NCBI GenBank assembly: GCA_000165425.1
Contig: CT868374.1
Location: 186,001 to 250,000 of the forward strand
DNA from: Paramecium tetraurelia
Taxonomy: Eukaryota
Length of the DNA stretch: 64,000 nt
Reading direction: 5' to 3'
This document shows positions 13,437-26,556 of this stretch, one piece after another. Positions within the stretch are counted from its first letter, which is position 1. Each line of letters starts with the position of its first letter. Both the position numbers and the translations under genes were made by a program. The notes below the pieces were generated by a model that saw only the letters and a list, made by a program, of their open reading frames with translations, did not search any database and was not told where the DNA came from.

Positions 13437-14353
13437 ATGCAAAGAAGTTAAAATGATGAGGACAAGCCTTTGATTCCACTGCCTTAAGCAACAGAATAGA
13501 AGAGACAGGAGAAAATAGCATACGAAAAGCAGATGGCAAGAGTAACCTTGTTGAAATAGACCCAACAGAAAAACTTGCATCTAGTATTATGTAACTTGAA
13601 GTAGACAGGCTAAATTGTATGAGATGGCTGCAGACAAGATTGAAAATGGACAAACTGTTAAGAAACAACTACGAAATCTGGCTGAAGAGGCACGTTAATT
13701 GAAGGAGGATGACATGAGAAGAAGGAAGCACCAAATCAAACAGATTAAGAAGCACGAGGAAGAGTTTATTTTAAAACGAGCCGCTAAATAGAAGATTGGG
13801 TATGCGTGGTGAGTGTAATTAGCGATTCCATGAAGTAATCCTCAGTAAAGGAGTACAAAAGTGCCATCAAGTTGACTCTGTCTAGAACAAGAGATTGTAT
13901 TCTTCAAGACAATTAAAAGATTCGAGAGACCCTCTATCAAGAAGAAAAGAAAAGGAAGGAGAAGAAGGAAGAGGCCAAAAAATTAGATGAAATGAAATCA
14001 TAGCAATTTTATAAGGAAAGAGTATCCTATGAAAAAATGATAGAAGAAAAACTAAAGAAATCCAGAGAAAAACTCTTTTAAGATGAGTAGATGTTGCAAA
14101 GTCGTCTATAAGTAAAACACACTTCATGATAACATTTAGGAAACCTAAAATTTGCTCAGTAAATCTTAAAAAAAATTCATGGAACTCCAATCCCAAAGTG
14201 TACACAGCAAAAGATGAGTAGCAATATAAATTATTATTACAAAAATTATTAATTAACTTCTCTTTATTTTAGGAAATTAGTTAAATAAAATAATAAAAAC
14301 AATTTAATTGTGAATCAACTGAGGAATTTGGATAAAGATTTTAACAAGAATGA
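13437..14353 (+). CDS. Hypothetical K/E/R-rich coiled-coil protein
   Basis: MQRSQNDEDKPLIPLPQATEQKRQEK...; a 25-nt intron gtattatg..acag restores the frame; TGA at 14351-14353. Confidence 0.65.
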
Positions 14354-14527
14354 AATAATGTAAATATTGATAAATGTTAATTTAATCATATATGAACTAA
14401 AGATTACATAAGCACTTATTATAAATGCTCTTAATTACATTTTATGATAAAATAAATTAATTGTTATTATTGTTATGAATATATATTAGAATCCGTTTTA
14501 TGAACATATTTAATATAATAATTAAAA

Positions 14528-15683
14528 ATGATGAAATTCATTGCTTTAGCATTGATTGCTTCAACAGTATTGGCAGTCCAAAAGGATACTAAAACAATCT
14601 TGGCAGAAATTGATGCCGATAACTTCGGAAACTCTATTTTGTCAACAGTTCAAATGTACCTGTAAGCAAAAGGAAATGCAGAGGAAGTGTTGGTGTTATT
14701 GAACCAATTACTTGCTGGATTAGTTGATGATCAAAACAAACATGACAATGTTATCAGAGTTGACAGATCTGCATGCACAAGAATAGTAACCGATCTTGAA
14801 AATTCAATTGCTTATCACACAGCTTAAGTAAGTGCAAACGCTTAAATGAGAGAAGATAATGAGAAGGCATTGGCTGAGGCTGAAAATGATGTCAGATAAA
14901 CTATTCAAGTAAGCATCTATGTAATATCAAAAGGACATTGAGAGCAATGAGAGAACATTTGCTTAAGAGGAAGCAAATAGAAACAAGGCTCACGAAACAT
15001 GGGTCAGAAAGAATGGTGAACATGATGATGCCATTGCTGCAGTTGATGAAGCCACCAAATTAGTTCAACATCTTTCATTAGGTGCCACATTCGCTGAACT
15101 TAAACCAAAATTTGAAGCTGTTCAAAAGAGATTGATTGAAAACGAAAGCCACGGAGCATTATTCCAACCAATCGTCACAGCCCTTACAGAACTCGCTTCC
15201 AAAGTTGATTAAAAGGCCATCCAAAGAATCCTCCAATTGCTTTCTTAACTCAGATAACAATTAGTAGAAGCCAGATCAGTTTTGGAAGTAACTTACATTT
15301 TAGATTATTCTCTTAGGAAACTGAAAACAGATAAGCTTAAAGATGGGTCGAATTCTCCACACATTTGAGCAATGAACACAATAGATTGGTCGAAAGAAAG
15401 AACTAATTGGAATAAGCCATCCAAACATTCAAAACCAACATTGATACAGCCACTCATTTCTTTGAAGTCCATACCGTATTACTATCTTATTATCTTTAAG
15501 TTGGAATTAGAATCAGCTTAAGAGACTCTTGATGCAGAAAACGAATGGTGCGCTTTATAAGAGTAAACTTATGCAACTCAATCTTCTGAGAGATAAAGAC
15601 AATAAGAAATCGTTGATAGAATATTAGAACACTTGACCGATAAATTAACCGCTACCTCATAATACCTTGGAGGAAGATTCTGA
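14528..15683 (+). CDS. Trichocyst matrix protein, T4-like precursor
   Basis: Signal peptide MMKFIALALIASTVLA; ILAEIDADNFGNSILSTVQ, DLENSIAYH, HETWVRKNGEH, ALFQPIVTALTELASKVD, LSNEHNRLVERK resemble Paramecium TMP T4; three tiny introns. Confidence 0.92.
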
Positions 15684-16037
15684 TCAGATATCATATACAT
15701 AAATATAATATTAATATGGGATTTCAAAAATTCAATTACCAATTCCTGTTCTTTATCATAATATAAGTCTTTCTCATTACATTTTAAATTAATAGTTATC
15801 ACTTATGATTTATATTATATTATAATAGAAGTTAAAGTGAGATCAATGTAAAATAATTAGAATTTTAATAGTAAATACTTTTACTAATGAAAAAGACTTA
15901 TTGTATTAATTTATGGATGAAGTCTCAAATGTATATAAGTGAAGTGATTCTTATTGCATAGAATAAATAGAATAATAATCGAATAATGAATCTAAAAATT
16001 AAGAGCATAATAAATGTAATAATAAATATCAATATCT

Positions 16038-16717
16038 TCACGTACGAATGTCATCAACATAACCATTAAATACATTCTTTGCTGAACTGAACATGTCAGA
16101 CACAGCATATTATCTGAACCTTGAAATACGTTTACCTTTTAAAATAACTTAAATGTGATACCTGCACTTTCCATGTAATTCCCTGAAGCATCAGTTCCTA
16201 TGAATGAGATGTAGAATTTAGCATCACAGTCCATGTCTGTAGTGCACTCTTTGTAATAATTATTTGAATCGCTAAAAGTTTCCCCATTTGAATTAGTAAT
16301 AACATAATCTGAGCATTCCATGCTAGAGTCCCAACATCCATTGTCCCAAATTAGATCTGTCACATTACCATCTTCCATGTTAATCACTAAACTGTAAATT
16401 GGATAAACATTAGTCGAGTTTATAACATAATCAATTATTGGTGAAATCATAGCATGCTTATTTGCTTAAATAGCAATAGTATGATTTGTTAATCCTTTCG
16501 CTTTTAATGTTGTGTAACTATTCTTAGCATACAATGCAGTATAACGATCCACTTTTACATCGAAAGCTAATCTTTAACCAGTTTATTCAATCTTATTTAT
16601 GAAATGTATGCATATCGTCATATGATCTCCTCTTGTATATGTCTCATCAACATCGCTAGATACGCATTTCAAATTCAAGCAATTATATGTTTGTATTAGT
16701 ATCAACAATAGTAACAT
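16038..16717 (-). CDS. Secreted Cys-containing uncharacterised protein
   Basis: Signal peptide MLLLLILIQTYNC; LIWDNGCW...CDAKFYISFIGTDASGNYMESAG/KRISRFRQY; two introns. Confidence 0.75.
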
Positions 16718-16861
16718 TAATTATTTTAAAATATTAAATGAATGTTAATTTTTACAATAGTCTTGATTAAAAATAGAGTCTTTATGGAGAAAACTTAAGA
16801 ATTTATCAATTAGATAATTAGTTTAAATATTTATTTATAACAAATCCCTATTAATCACAAA

Positions 16862-17560
16862 ATGCAACTTAGAATGAATAAACTTGCTTTTTTATTTGAT
16901 AAAAGATTGGAAGTTGTTCTTACGGACGGATATTTATTGGTTATACTTAAAGTGATTTATAAGAACCAAAAAGTAGAGTGTTTAGAATTTATTTAGGAAA
17001 GAATAACAACTAAGCATTCTTAATTATTATGAAGAGAAACTCTATAAGGTATTACAAGGAGGATATATTTTATTTTGTGATTTAATAGGGTTGCTTAAAC
17101 TTATTGATTGGTAATTAAAATTAATATAAAATCATGGTTATGGAATGATTAAATTAAAAGGTTTCTGGAATTATTGTAAGAAGAAAATCTGTTTGAAAAC
17201 TGTCTTGATGATAGTACAATAAGTGATTCTAAGATAAGAAAGTTGTGTATAAGAGATATCTTAGAGAGGCTATTGATTCCTCCTTTTTGTACTTTTCAAA
17301 TGGTTATTTGACACTATAAGTCATCAAAATATATAACTAAAAAAATAAATATGAAAAATAACAGATACTAAAATTGGAACGGCAATTAAGAAATAGCATG
17401 ATGGTTTACCAAAAAAATTCATTTAATTGAACTATTGCAAAAGTTTAAAATTTCAAGAAGGAAGTGGTTATGCTTGATTGAGGAAATCGTTTAAATAATT
17501 CTATGGAAGATTGAAGTATTCTTATGATAACTGCTTTGATTGGAGTGTTCCATTTCTATG
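16862..17560 (+). pseudogene. Possible degenerate coding remnant
   Basis: Coding-like stretches (MQLRMNKLAFLFDKRLEVVLTDG; KSWLWND) interrupted by TGA and frame changes. Confidence 0.3.
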
Positions 17561-17605
17561 ATAAATTAATATTATTTATATTTTATATTAAATTTACTCA
17601 TCATA

Positions 17606-18080
17606 ATGGAGAGAAGAGACGAGGATTGCAAATAATAAGGGCAATTTAATCAAAAGGATGATAAGTGCATCTATATCTCGTTCACGATATCCTTTAATGT
17701 TTTATTTGGAGGTCTATTTTACTATTATTCGCTAAATACTAGTAATGATCAATGTACATTGTTGAAGCAAACCGCTTTATATTTCACATTATATTGTTCC
17801 TGCAGCATCATATTATCCATTCTAACTCTTATTGGAAATAAGACATTCAACGTCATCACAACTATTGAAGGTCTGATTAGAATGTTATTTTTGGTTTCGT
17901 TTTTGGTAAACTTAATTAATTATTTAGATTGCTTATTTCTACAGTTTCTAATGCTATCATCTTTAATCACTCACGCTTATATATTTGACCTTACACGCAT
18001 TACTATTTTTTATTACTTGTATGAAATCTTCAATAAATAAAACTAAATAACTATGAATTTTAATTTGTTTTTAGTTGATG
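17606..18080 (+). CDS. Small multi-pass membrane protein; 3' end uncertain
   Basis: MERRDEDCKQQGQFNQKDDKCIYISFTISFNVLFGGLFYYYS... continuous with hydrophobic track ORF 17759-18040. Confidence 0.45.
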
Positions 18081-18909
18081 ACTTGTATTTCATGTATATT
18101 AATTAATGTTATAAAATATACATTCATATGAATATTTATATTTTAATAGTTCTAATTAAATTTGATTCTTCCTCCTTTTTTTAAATTTTACATCACCATC
18201 AATTTTACAATTTACCTGCTTACATTGTTTCTAGTGCCTTTTGGAATGTCATTATAAATGCAGACAGTTAAACCTCCTTATCTGCTATTATTGCAAATAA
18301 TCAAAATAAAAAGTCAAATCTGTGATGGTACTACATATCTCAAGTAATGTATAAAGAATATATTTAATAATAATACTATGATCAATAACATCAATTATTT
18401 TCAAATCAAAACAGTTGAGGCTTCTACTATTACCTCAGTATTCTTTTAGCCAATTCTTTCTTTAGTTTTAGTATATTTGAAGCATCTTAATTATTTCCCA
18501 TCCATTCTATTATTTTAAACTTTATTCCAGAATTTCCATTTAAGACTGTTGTAGCAGTGTTATCCATATTAATTTAAAATTAATAATAAAAACTCCTATA
18601 TAAACTGTAAAATTTAAGTCTATTGTACAAAATTAATTAAATAAAAAAGAGAACACTTTTGTTACTCTTCTAGATTTATGATATGATTATCATAAAAATG
18701 ACCTGATTCACAATTTTTATCAAATCTTATTTGTCTCTAAATTGTTTTTGACAAGTCAAATATGAATGAATAATCCATTTTAAGGTTTCAAAATTTTGGG
18801 TATAAGGTGCACAAATTTTATGGATTTACAAAAATAATTAGTTTGGATATAATTTGTAATTAATATTTTTGTTTGTGTTTTTCAATTAAAAATTATATTT
18901 ATTTTATTT

Positions 18910-20611
18910 ATGTACCCTAAAAAGATTAATAGAACCTTACACGTTGGGAAGCATATTCAAAGAGAAGAATCTGTTAAAACTCTCATAATTGATAAATTGG
19001 TTTAAGATTATGGAAGAAAAAATTAGTTGAATGTGAATGTAACTTATTTCTCTCAAAACATTAGTTAATTATGGCATATGTAGATGACTTTTTTGTATGT
19101 TACAAAGCTAGTGAAGGAGCTGTGAGAGCACTTAAAGAAGAAATTAAGGAAGCCATCTTAAGACCAGAAAATGAAAAGCAATTAATGATACAGCGATTAC
19201 ATTAGCGTATTTCTAGTATAATTGAAAATGATTGAAATAGGAAAGCAAAAGGAAGAGCAGTTAAAAACATTGACAAATCCGAAGGTTAGGGCATCATTGC
19301 CAGATAAAATAGAGTAGGAAACCCAATTTGTTTAGATTGCAAAATAAAACAGAAAATAGTTCACAAATCAAATTAGGCAATACTCTGCCACTTGACGTAT
19401 TGGAAGAAAGAAGGAAATCAATTTACAAGGTGGATGGTTCTGTAGATGAATGGGCTGCTATAATTAAATATGATACTCAATAGTTTTAGAAAGAATTAGA
19501 AGAACAGAAGAAATTATTATTGCTTAATCAATAAAAAATAAAAGAGGAATTAGATAGACAGGTAGCAGAAAAAGAGTCACGAAAATAAAAAGAAAAGAAG
19601 GAGGAATAAAATTATTATGCTACAAGTTAATAATAATTGATGGAGTTTGAAAAACAATAGGAATTACTAAAGGAAAGCAAAAAGTAATAATTATTACAAG
19701 AGAAATTTATTCGAGACTAATAAGTTTATGTTGACAAAAGAAAGAAGTAATCATTTTATATGAGATAGAAAAGAGTAGAATTTAAACACTAAATAATATG
19801 AGGAAGAAATGCTTGCCAAAGTGAAGGAAGAATTGAAAGCAGAAGATTAATAGTAGAAACGTAAGAGACTTGAATAAAAGGAGAAATTCTAATAGATACT
19901 TAAGTTAAATGAAAATTTAAGGAAGAAGGTAAAGAGTATTTGAAATATAGGCAAAAGAAGAAGTTATACAAAGCAAGGAACACGAAAAATTGTTGCAAGA
20001 ATAGTCAGCTTTAAAAGATCAGCTCGAAAATGAGAGAAAAGAGAAGTTCAAAAAAGATAAAGAAGAGAAGATTAAATAATTGATGAATAATTATAGTGAG
20101 TTTGTTATGAAAAATAAAAAGGATAATAAATAATTAGAAGATTCCTAAGGGGAATTCTGGGCAAAAAAGAACAGTGAACATAGTGCTTTCTTAGATTTTA
20201 AGAGCAATACAAATAAAAAAGAATAATAACTTCAAATATCTTAAGATCTTTAGTAATAAATATTAGAAAAAAAAAGAAGGTATACTCTAGAAGTATCTGA
20301 AAAAAAGTAACTATTTGAATAATAACTCCAAGAATAAAAAGCCTTGAAAAAATAGGATGAAGAGAGAAGAAATGTATATAATTTAATAATTTTAATAGAA
20401 TATTCGATAAATGTATGTTCAAAATGCTGAAGACCTTAAAAAATAAATGACTAAAGGATACTTAAGTTAATCTCCTAAAAGAAAATAAAGTCCCAATGAA
20501 AGAATGGTGGGATATGAATTACTTTAAAATAAGAAATTACTTAAAAAAATAGCAAATGATAATTCTATTGGAATATCCATAACAAAATAAGAGATATCTA
20601 TACCTGAATGA
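18910..20611 (+). CDS. Long Q/E/K-rich coiled-coil (trichohyalin-like) protein
   Basis: MYPKKINRTLHVGKHIQREESVKTLIIDKLVQDYG...VDEWAAIIKYDTQQF...IKEELDRQVAEK; several tiny introns; TGA 20609-20611. Confidence 0.75.
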
Positions 20612-20871
20612 AAAATATCTATTTATTTTTCAATTAATACATAATTTAATATAATTAAAATTGTATGCTTCATTTTAGACTGATTGAATATAAAATAAAT
20701 AGAACAAATTTTGCATGTATAAAATTTGTAAAATTTATTCTACTCATGAGCAAGTTAAGTAAAAATTACGATTGATATAAATAATTATAACAATTAACTA
20801 ATAGTCTTAATAGTTTAACTCGTCTATTAAATAAAATTAAAAAATAATAAATAAAAACTTGTAATTCAATT

Positions 20872-22001
20872 ATGAATACAACAATTTTAGATCTCTTTAC
20901 ATAAATTAAAGAATTGTACCCATGTAACTTATTTGATTACTCTAGAGTAAGATTTAGCTGAATTTCATTAAAAATGTAAAAATGATGATGAATATGAAAA
21001 CATCATAAAATAAACTAACAATGCTAAAAGCAAATTCGAGTCAACAGAAGACCAATAAACTTTGATTAATTAATTAAAAAACATCATCAATGATGTTAAA
21101 ATTGCTCATAAGAAATCTCTACTTTCAGCTAAACAGTTTGAAATCTCCTCTGCTGAAAAAGAGAAAGGTATTTATTTTACATATTCTATCAAATTAGCCC
21201 TAAATGAAAATGCTAATTTGAATAAATAAATTGGTGATTTTGAGATTTATAGAAATGCATAAAATATTTAATAAGAATGCTTAAAGGAATATTATAATAT
21301 GGTTATATAGAAAGAAAAATAAAAGTCATAAGATTTCATTGAAGGGATTTAATAGGAATTTGAAGAAATTTAAAATAAATTAGAAAATGCATTACTTGCA
21401 AAGCAAAAGAATGAAAAAGAATATGGAACTTTAATAGAAAAGTATAAGGACAAAAAATCTTATGTTGAATAAAGAAACTAATATTTTGAATTAGAAATTA
21501 AAAAATTGTGTAAGAAATAATAAATATGAAATACAATAGAATCATAAAGGAAGGAGAAATTCACTCAGATGTTTGAATAGATCAACATTCTCAATAAATC
21601 CTTACGTTCAGAGGTAGATGAGAATGGAAAATTAGAGATATTGAGGAAGGATGAAGCCCTTGTAGATAAACATCTTAATCCTTATCTCTAAAAAGAATCT
21701 GAATTTAATTAACTAATAGAAAAAACAAATCAACTGATTAATCTCTATAACTTAGAAGCACAAAAAGTAAAGATCTCATTTTATCAAAGCTTTTCAAATA
21801 AATTTGTGATAATGAATAGAAAATTTAAACAAATTAAAAAACTTCTGAAAAGTCAGGCATTTTCATTTATGATTAGGCTAAAGAAGTAACTCTATTTGCA
21901 TATCATAGTATAAAGGATTGTTGCAATTGTTATAATAAAAATAGGAACAAAGATAATAATTATAAAATTTAAAGCTTAGTCTATAAAAGTAATTAAAATG
22001 A
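20872..22001 (+). CDS. Coiled-coil protein, weakly taxilin-like
   Basis: MNTTILDLFTQIKELYP... heptad-rich, several tiny introns, ends QQLQNLKLSLQKQLK*. Confidence 0.6.
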
Positions 22002-22177
22002 ATAAAATTTTATGAGTATTTATTAAGTATAATATAATGATATGAATCTAACTAGGTTAATAGTACTTTAAAATATAAAATAATTTTTAACAAGTGAATA
22101 TATTATTTTAATAAAAAGGATAGATAATAAATTAAAAATTAATAAGGGTATTTATTAATCCATAAAATATTTGCAAA

Positions 22178-22441
22178 TCAATCAGATGTTTATTCTAACT
22201 TTCCTAAAAACTCCATTGTTGTTTGAAGAGTCTCATTCTTTCTCTCGAAACATCTCGATAGACAGATTTTTTCCCTATCAGACAAATCCTTTTTTTTGTA
22301 ATCTTTAATGCAAAATTTGCTGCAAACTTAGTAAATATTCATCAAGGATAATTTCATAGATGTTGTAATTGATTACTTTATTCTTTCATTCTTCTGTTGA
22401 ATTGTAATGTTTTGGTGAATATGTGTATCGTGATCAGACAT
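22178..22441 (-). CDS. Mitochondrial intermembrane-space small Tim chaperone (Tim9/Tim10 family), 87 aa
   Basis: Intronless MSDHDTHIHQ...NIYQVCSKFCIKDYKKKDLSDREKICLSRCFERKNETLQ...; twin CX3C motif with 15-residue spacer. Confidence 0.85.
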
Positions 22442-22451
22442 TAATTATTAA
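22442..22451. promoter_or_regulatory. 10-nt spacer between divergent start codons
   Basis: CAT 22439-22441, spacer taattattaa, ATG 22452. Confidence 0.45.
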
Positions 22452-23027
22452 ATGAATTATAATTATAAATATCTCGTACAATCACCTAAAAAACAACTTC
22501 AACCCAAAGTCACAATCAAATATAGTACAGCTATCAATTTGGATCATATTCCTAAATTCTCATACGGATCCCCCAGAAGTCTGGCAAGACAAATAACGAA
22601 CCTAAGTCCTACAGTTCAATTAAATAGTTCTAGAAACAAAAAAACTGTTGAATCAAAAAGTCCATCTCCATTGATTGAGTCAAATTGGTTAAACATAAAT
22701 AAAATAAAAAAGAAAATTGAACTTTTCGAGAATCTGAATTATGGACACCCTAAAATATTTCATAAATTGTCACCTGATTAAATGATTCCAACATAATTGT
22801 CGATACCAATAACTGCTCATGCTAAAAAACGGATTATGATTAAAAAAAAGTGCGAACCTGATCGTATAGCAAGGTCAAACACTTAACATTCAATGGGTAG
22901 ATAGGAAATGAAAAATAACACATCACCATCCAGAGTTCTCTAAAAAAGAAAAAATAAAAAAGACCCTTCAGGAGAATTGAATGGATGGTAAGGATAGTAT
23001 GTGGAACATTTTGATGATTTTATATGA
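22452..23027 (+). CDS. Hypothetical basic, Ser/Pro-rich protein
   Basis: Track ORF 22452-22781 continues through TAA/TAG to GELNGWQGQYVEHFDDFI* (TGA 23025-23027). Confidence 0.7.
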
Positions 23028-23430
23028 ATTTATTTGAACTAAAACTACTCCTATCTAATTATTATTAGGAATAACTGAGGTTATTCAATTTTAGAGTCTT
23101 TTTTAGAATGCGTAGTGAAATAGTAATTAATTTTGTGTATTTTTGAGGTAATGTAAATATTGAAAAATTTAATTAATAAAAATAAAAAAATTAATTTGTG
23201 ATGACACTCTTAGGACACCTTCAGAGACTTTATGTCAATGAGATGTTAGTTACCTGTCTGATATTAATATACTATTTATACTATATATAAAAGTATTTAA
23301 GCAAAGTTTAAGCACAGAAATCATAAAGACATAGCTAGACATATGTTAATGTCATTATTAACAATATTCATGATATTGTTTAGATTTCAACTTAAATTTA
23401 TTAGATATTCCTTTGGATTATATTTAAAAT

Positions 23431-24039
23431 TCAAAATTTGTAGCCTAGTTGTTATAGCTTCTGCATGAGTGTTTGTATTTTACTATCCTTCAATTTCACT
23501 AATTATTCTAGTTTTGTAATCTTAAGCTCGAGTATTCCAATAGTTTCTCTCTACTCTTAAATTAATTAGTCTTTCTCATTTGTCATTGATTGTTAGAGTT
23601 GGTCTGAATTATGATGACTTGGAGATTTTTACGTTTCCGGTAATTGAGATTCATTTTCCTTGAAGTATTTTATTTTTTCTTAAACTATTTTTAAAACACG
23701 TTCGATTGCTCTATCTTCAACCTGGATTACTGAATCAATATCCTTTTATGCTAATTGAAACCCTAATTTTTTTAGCACCTTTCATAGTAGAAGTATAAAT
23801 ACTTTGGTATTTAGTGTGCTCCAATTGTATTATTTTGTTTATGTTGAATTGGCTTATGAATAGTTATGCAATTCAACCAACTTAGGAAAGTAATGATGTA
23901 CAATTTCAGCCATTAATACACCATCTGCAAAATCTCTTCCTATATTTTTTTTTGGCCTTGAGAGTGGGATTATGTCTACCCATGTATAGATATCGTTCAC
24001 TTCTTGTTCGGTTAGTGTAGGTGAATCCATTTTACTCAT
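23431..24039 (-). CDS. SPEF1: Sperm flagellar protein 1 / CLAMP (CH domain + coiled coil)
   Basis: IYTWVDIIPLSRPKKNIGRDFADGVLMAEIVHHYFPKLVELHNYSQANS...NWSTLN; C-terminal ETIGILELKITKLEQLVKLKDSKIQTL. Confidence 0.92.
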
Positions 24040-24227
24040 TATTTAATTTTATATAAAATAAAGGGAGAAACAATCAAAATTATAATATTTAGTTTAGATC
24101 ATTAGACAAAATTATTTAATGAATAGCAGTTAAAATACTTGATGATTAATGGATTTTAAATTAATAATAACTGCTTTTTAAAAAGTCAAAATAAAAACAT
24201 TATAAAATTGACATAATATTTAAACAC

Positions 24228-25150
24228 ATGCATTAAAATCAAGGGGGACGTGTATTTGGAAGACATCTTGATAATTATGCTGAAAAGGCGTTGAAGGATG
24301 CAAAAGAGAGAAGAAATGGAACAATTGATGAAATAGGAGGGAAAGAAAATGTGATCAATGATGCTGTTCTGACAAAGGATGGCTGGTTCAAAATGGATTG
24401 TCCTGAGAAGGTTTTGCAATATCAATAAGAAATTTATGAGTTCCTTCATTAAAGAGAATAGGAGAGCTAGGGATTATAACTTTCGATTAATCAAAGGAAA
24501 ATCAATGAAACTATGCGAAATACTACAGTACTTATCATCGCTAGAAAAAGATTAGGTTTGTAATCAAGTAGGCCAAACTATATAATATGAAATCGGAAAC
24601 TTTATTCCAAACCGTTGATCTCATAGATTAAGCAATTCAACATATAAATCCTGAAGCAGACAGATTGGAGCTCATCGCTATAACTTGTTTGTTTATAGCA
24701 TCCAAATATGAAGAAATATACCCACCTCCATTGGGAGTATTGCTTAGAGGCACAGAATTAAGAGTTCGAGAAGTTATTGACATGGAGAAGGAGATACTAT
24801 ATAAATTAAATTTTAATGTTATAAGTGATAATACATTAATTTGGTTGCAATTGATAGGAGAATTATTGGGGTGCAATAAAAGATATTTGGATTTGATAAA
24901 ACAAAGATCAATGTAATGTATATATGTATTTCAAAGGTATTTGGCAGAACTTAGTTTAAGCAGTGATAGATTTCTAAGCATAAAGAAATCAACAATAGCG
25001 TTGACAATTTTTCTGGCAGTGGAAATATAGTTTGGATATCAAAAGACACAATTCCAATGGGATCGTTTGTCTCAGCATTCCAAACCTAGTAAGGATTCTA
25101 AGTCCATTAAGATTATTTGCCTATTGCTTAAAAAATTGATATTGATATGA
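24228..25150 (+). CDS. Cyclin (A/B-like cyclin box, divergent)
   Basis: INETMRNTT/IRFVIKQAKLYNMKSETLFQTVDLID...LELIAITCLFIASKYEEIYPP...VIDMEKEILYKLNF; two introns. Confidence 0.9.
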
Positions 25151-25238
25151 TTATTTACTTTATGTTTCTATTTAAGATTCAAATTTGAGTAACAAATGAA
25201 GGAATTCAAAATGTATTTTAATATTTAATAATGATATA

Positions 25239-26144
25239 TCATTGTTATTATGACTGTTACTATTAGCTTGGTTGTGATCTTGGTTACTGAGATGGCACTT
25301 GTTATGGTTGATGGGATGGCTAATGGGATTGTTGATGGGATTAGGGTGGTTATTATGATGGTTGCTAAGGTCTGGCTACAGGAGCAGGAGGGTATTGTTG
25401 AAGTGGCTATGCGAATTGTGGAACCATTCTTGATGCAATCAAAGGTTATTGAACATATTGGACTGGTTGTTGTTGAACATATTAAACTGGTTGTGGAACA
25501 TATTGAACAGATTGTTAGACATATGGTTGTTGAACTACAGAAACAGCTTATTGCACATATTGTGTGGGTTATTAGTGAACAACTTATCTCTCCACTGGAT
25601 AATACTCAACTCTTTCTTAGTATCTATCGACAGGTACATACTCTATTATATATATATTTATTAAAATTACCGGTATATTTCTCTTGGAAAACTTAGGGGA
25701 TGTATTCTGTTTGATATTCAACAGCATAGTAATCAGTCACTCTGGTTTCTCTTGGAACATAGGAGACGACTTCTTATTCTTCATATTCAATGACAGCTTT
25801 TTAATAAGGCACATATTCGATTCTTGATTCCCCTTTGATTGATTGATGCTAAGAATAAATTCAAAATTTACTTAAGCAACTGGAGCCACAGGTGCAACAG
25901 CGTATTGCTAAACTGGAACAGAGGCGATGGGAGCAACAGGCACTTGAGCCACTGGTGCATATTAAACTGGAGCCACATAAGATTATCTAACTGGGGAAGC
26001 TGGATAATAAGGTTGTGGCTAGAAAGCATTTGGATATGCTTGGGGTAAGACAGCATTTGGATAGGTGGGAGCAACTGTTCTTGCTTATGGTTAAGGAGCT
26101 TGAGTTTTTGGTTATGGTTATTAGGATTAGGGATGATTAGACAT
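25239..26144 (-). CDS. EPI: Epiplasmin (membrane-skeleton protein)
   Basis: Central domain IKGESRIEYVPYQK...VPRETRVTDYYAVEYQTEYIPQVFQEKYTEYVPVDRYQERVEYYPVERQVVH flanked by P/V/Q/Y-rich repeats; two introns. Confidence 0.92.
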
Positions 26145-26556
26145 AGTTAATTTCAATAAATTCAAAAATTAATATTAAAATTTGATCGTAATATTAATTT
26201 AAAAACAGAAAAATTAATATGCACCAGCAATCGTAAGGATAAGAATTATTAATCAATGATAACTAATTTTATTCCAATTCTATATCATATTGATATTTGT
26301 ATTAATTTTATATATTATTAATATAAAAACAGAATTTCGTATTAAACTAGTAGTAAATTTAAAAGCAATATATAAGTATAATGATAGTCATTTAATCGTG
26401 ATCACTTCATGATTTATATAACTTTTGTGAATTTTCTTGAAGTTATCAAATTAAGAAGAATTAACAGAAAGCACGAATTCTCATTTAATTGAGTGGTTGA
26501 TTATTTTTTTGTTCTTATTGTCTATAACCAATTTGCCTTGTCTCATATTTAATTTA

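Noticed and set aside
18160..18570. Minus-strand coding-like fragment (MDNTATTVLNGNSG...)
   Set aside because: Multiple TGAs and no coherent gene model
25250..26074. Track ORFs 25250-25696, 25449-25664, 25839-26048 (+) and 25868-26074 (-)
   Set aside because: Antisense or off-frame shadows of the repetitive epiplasmin gene
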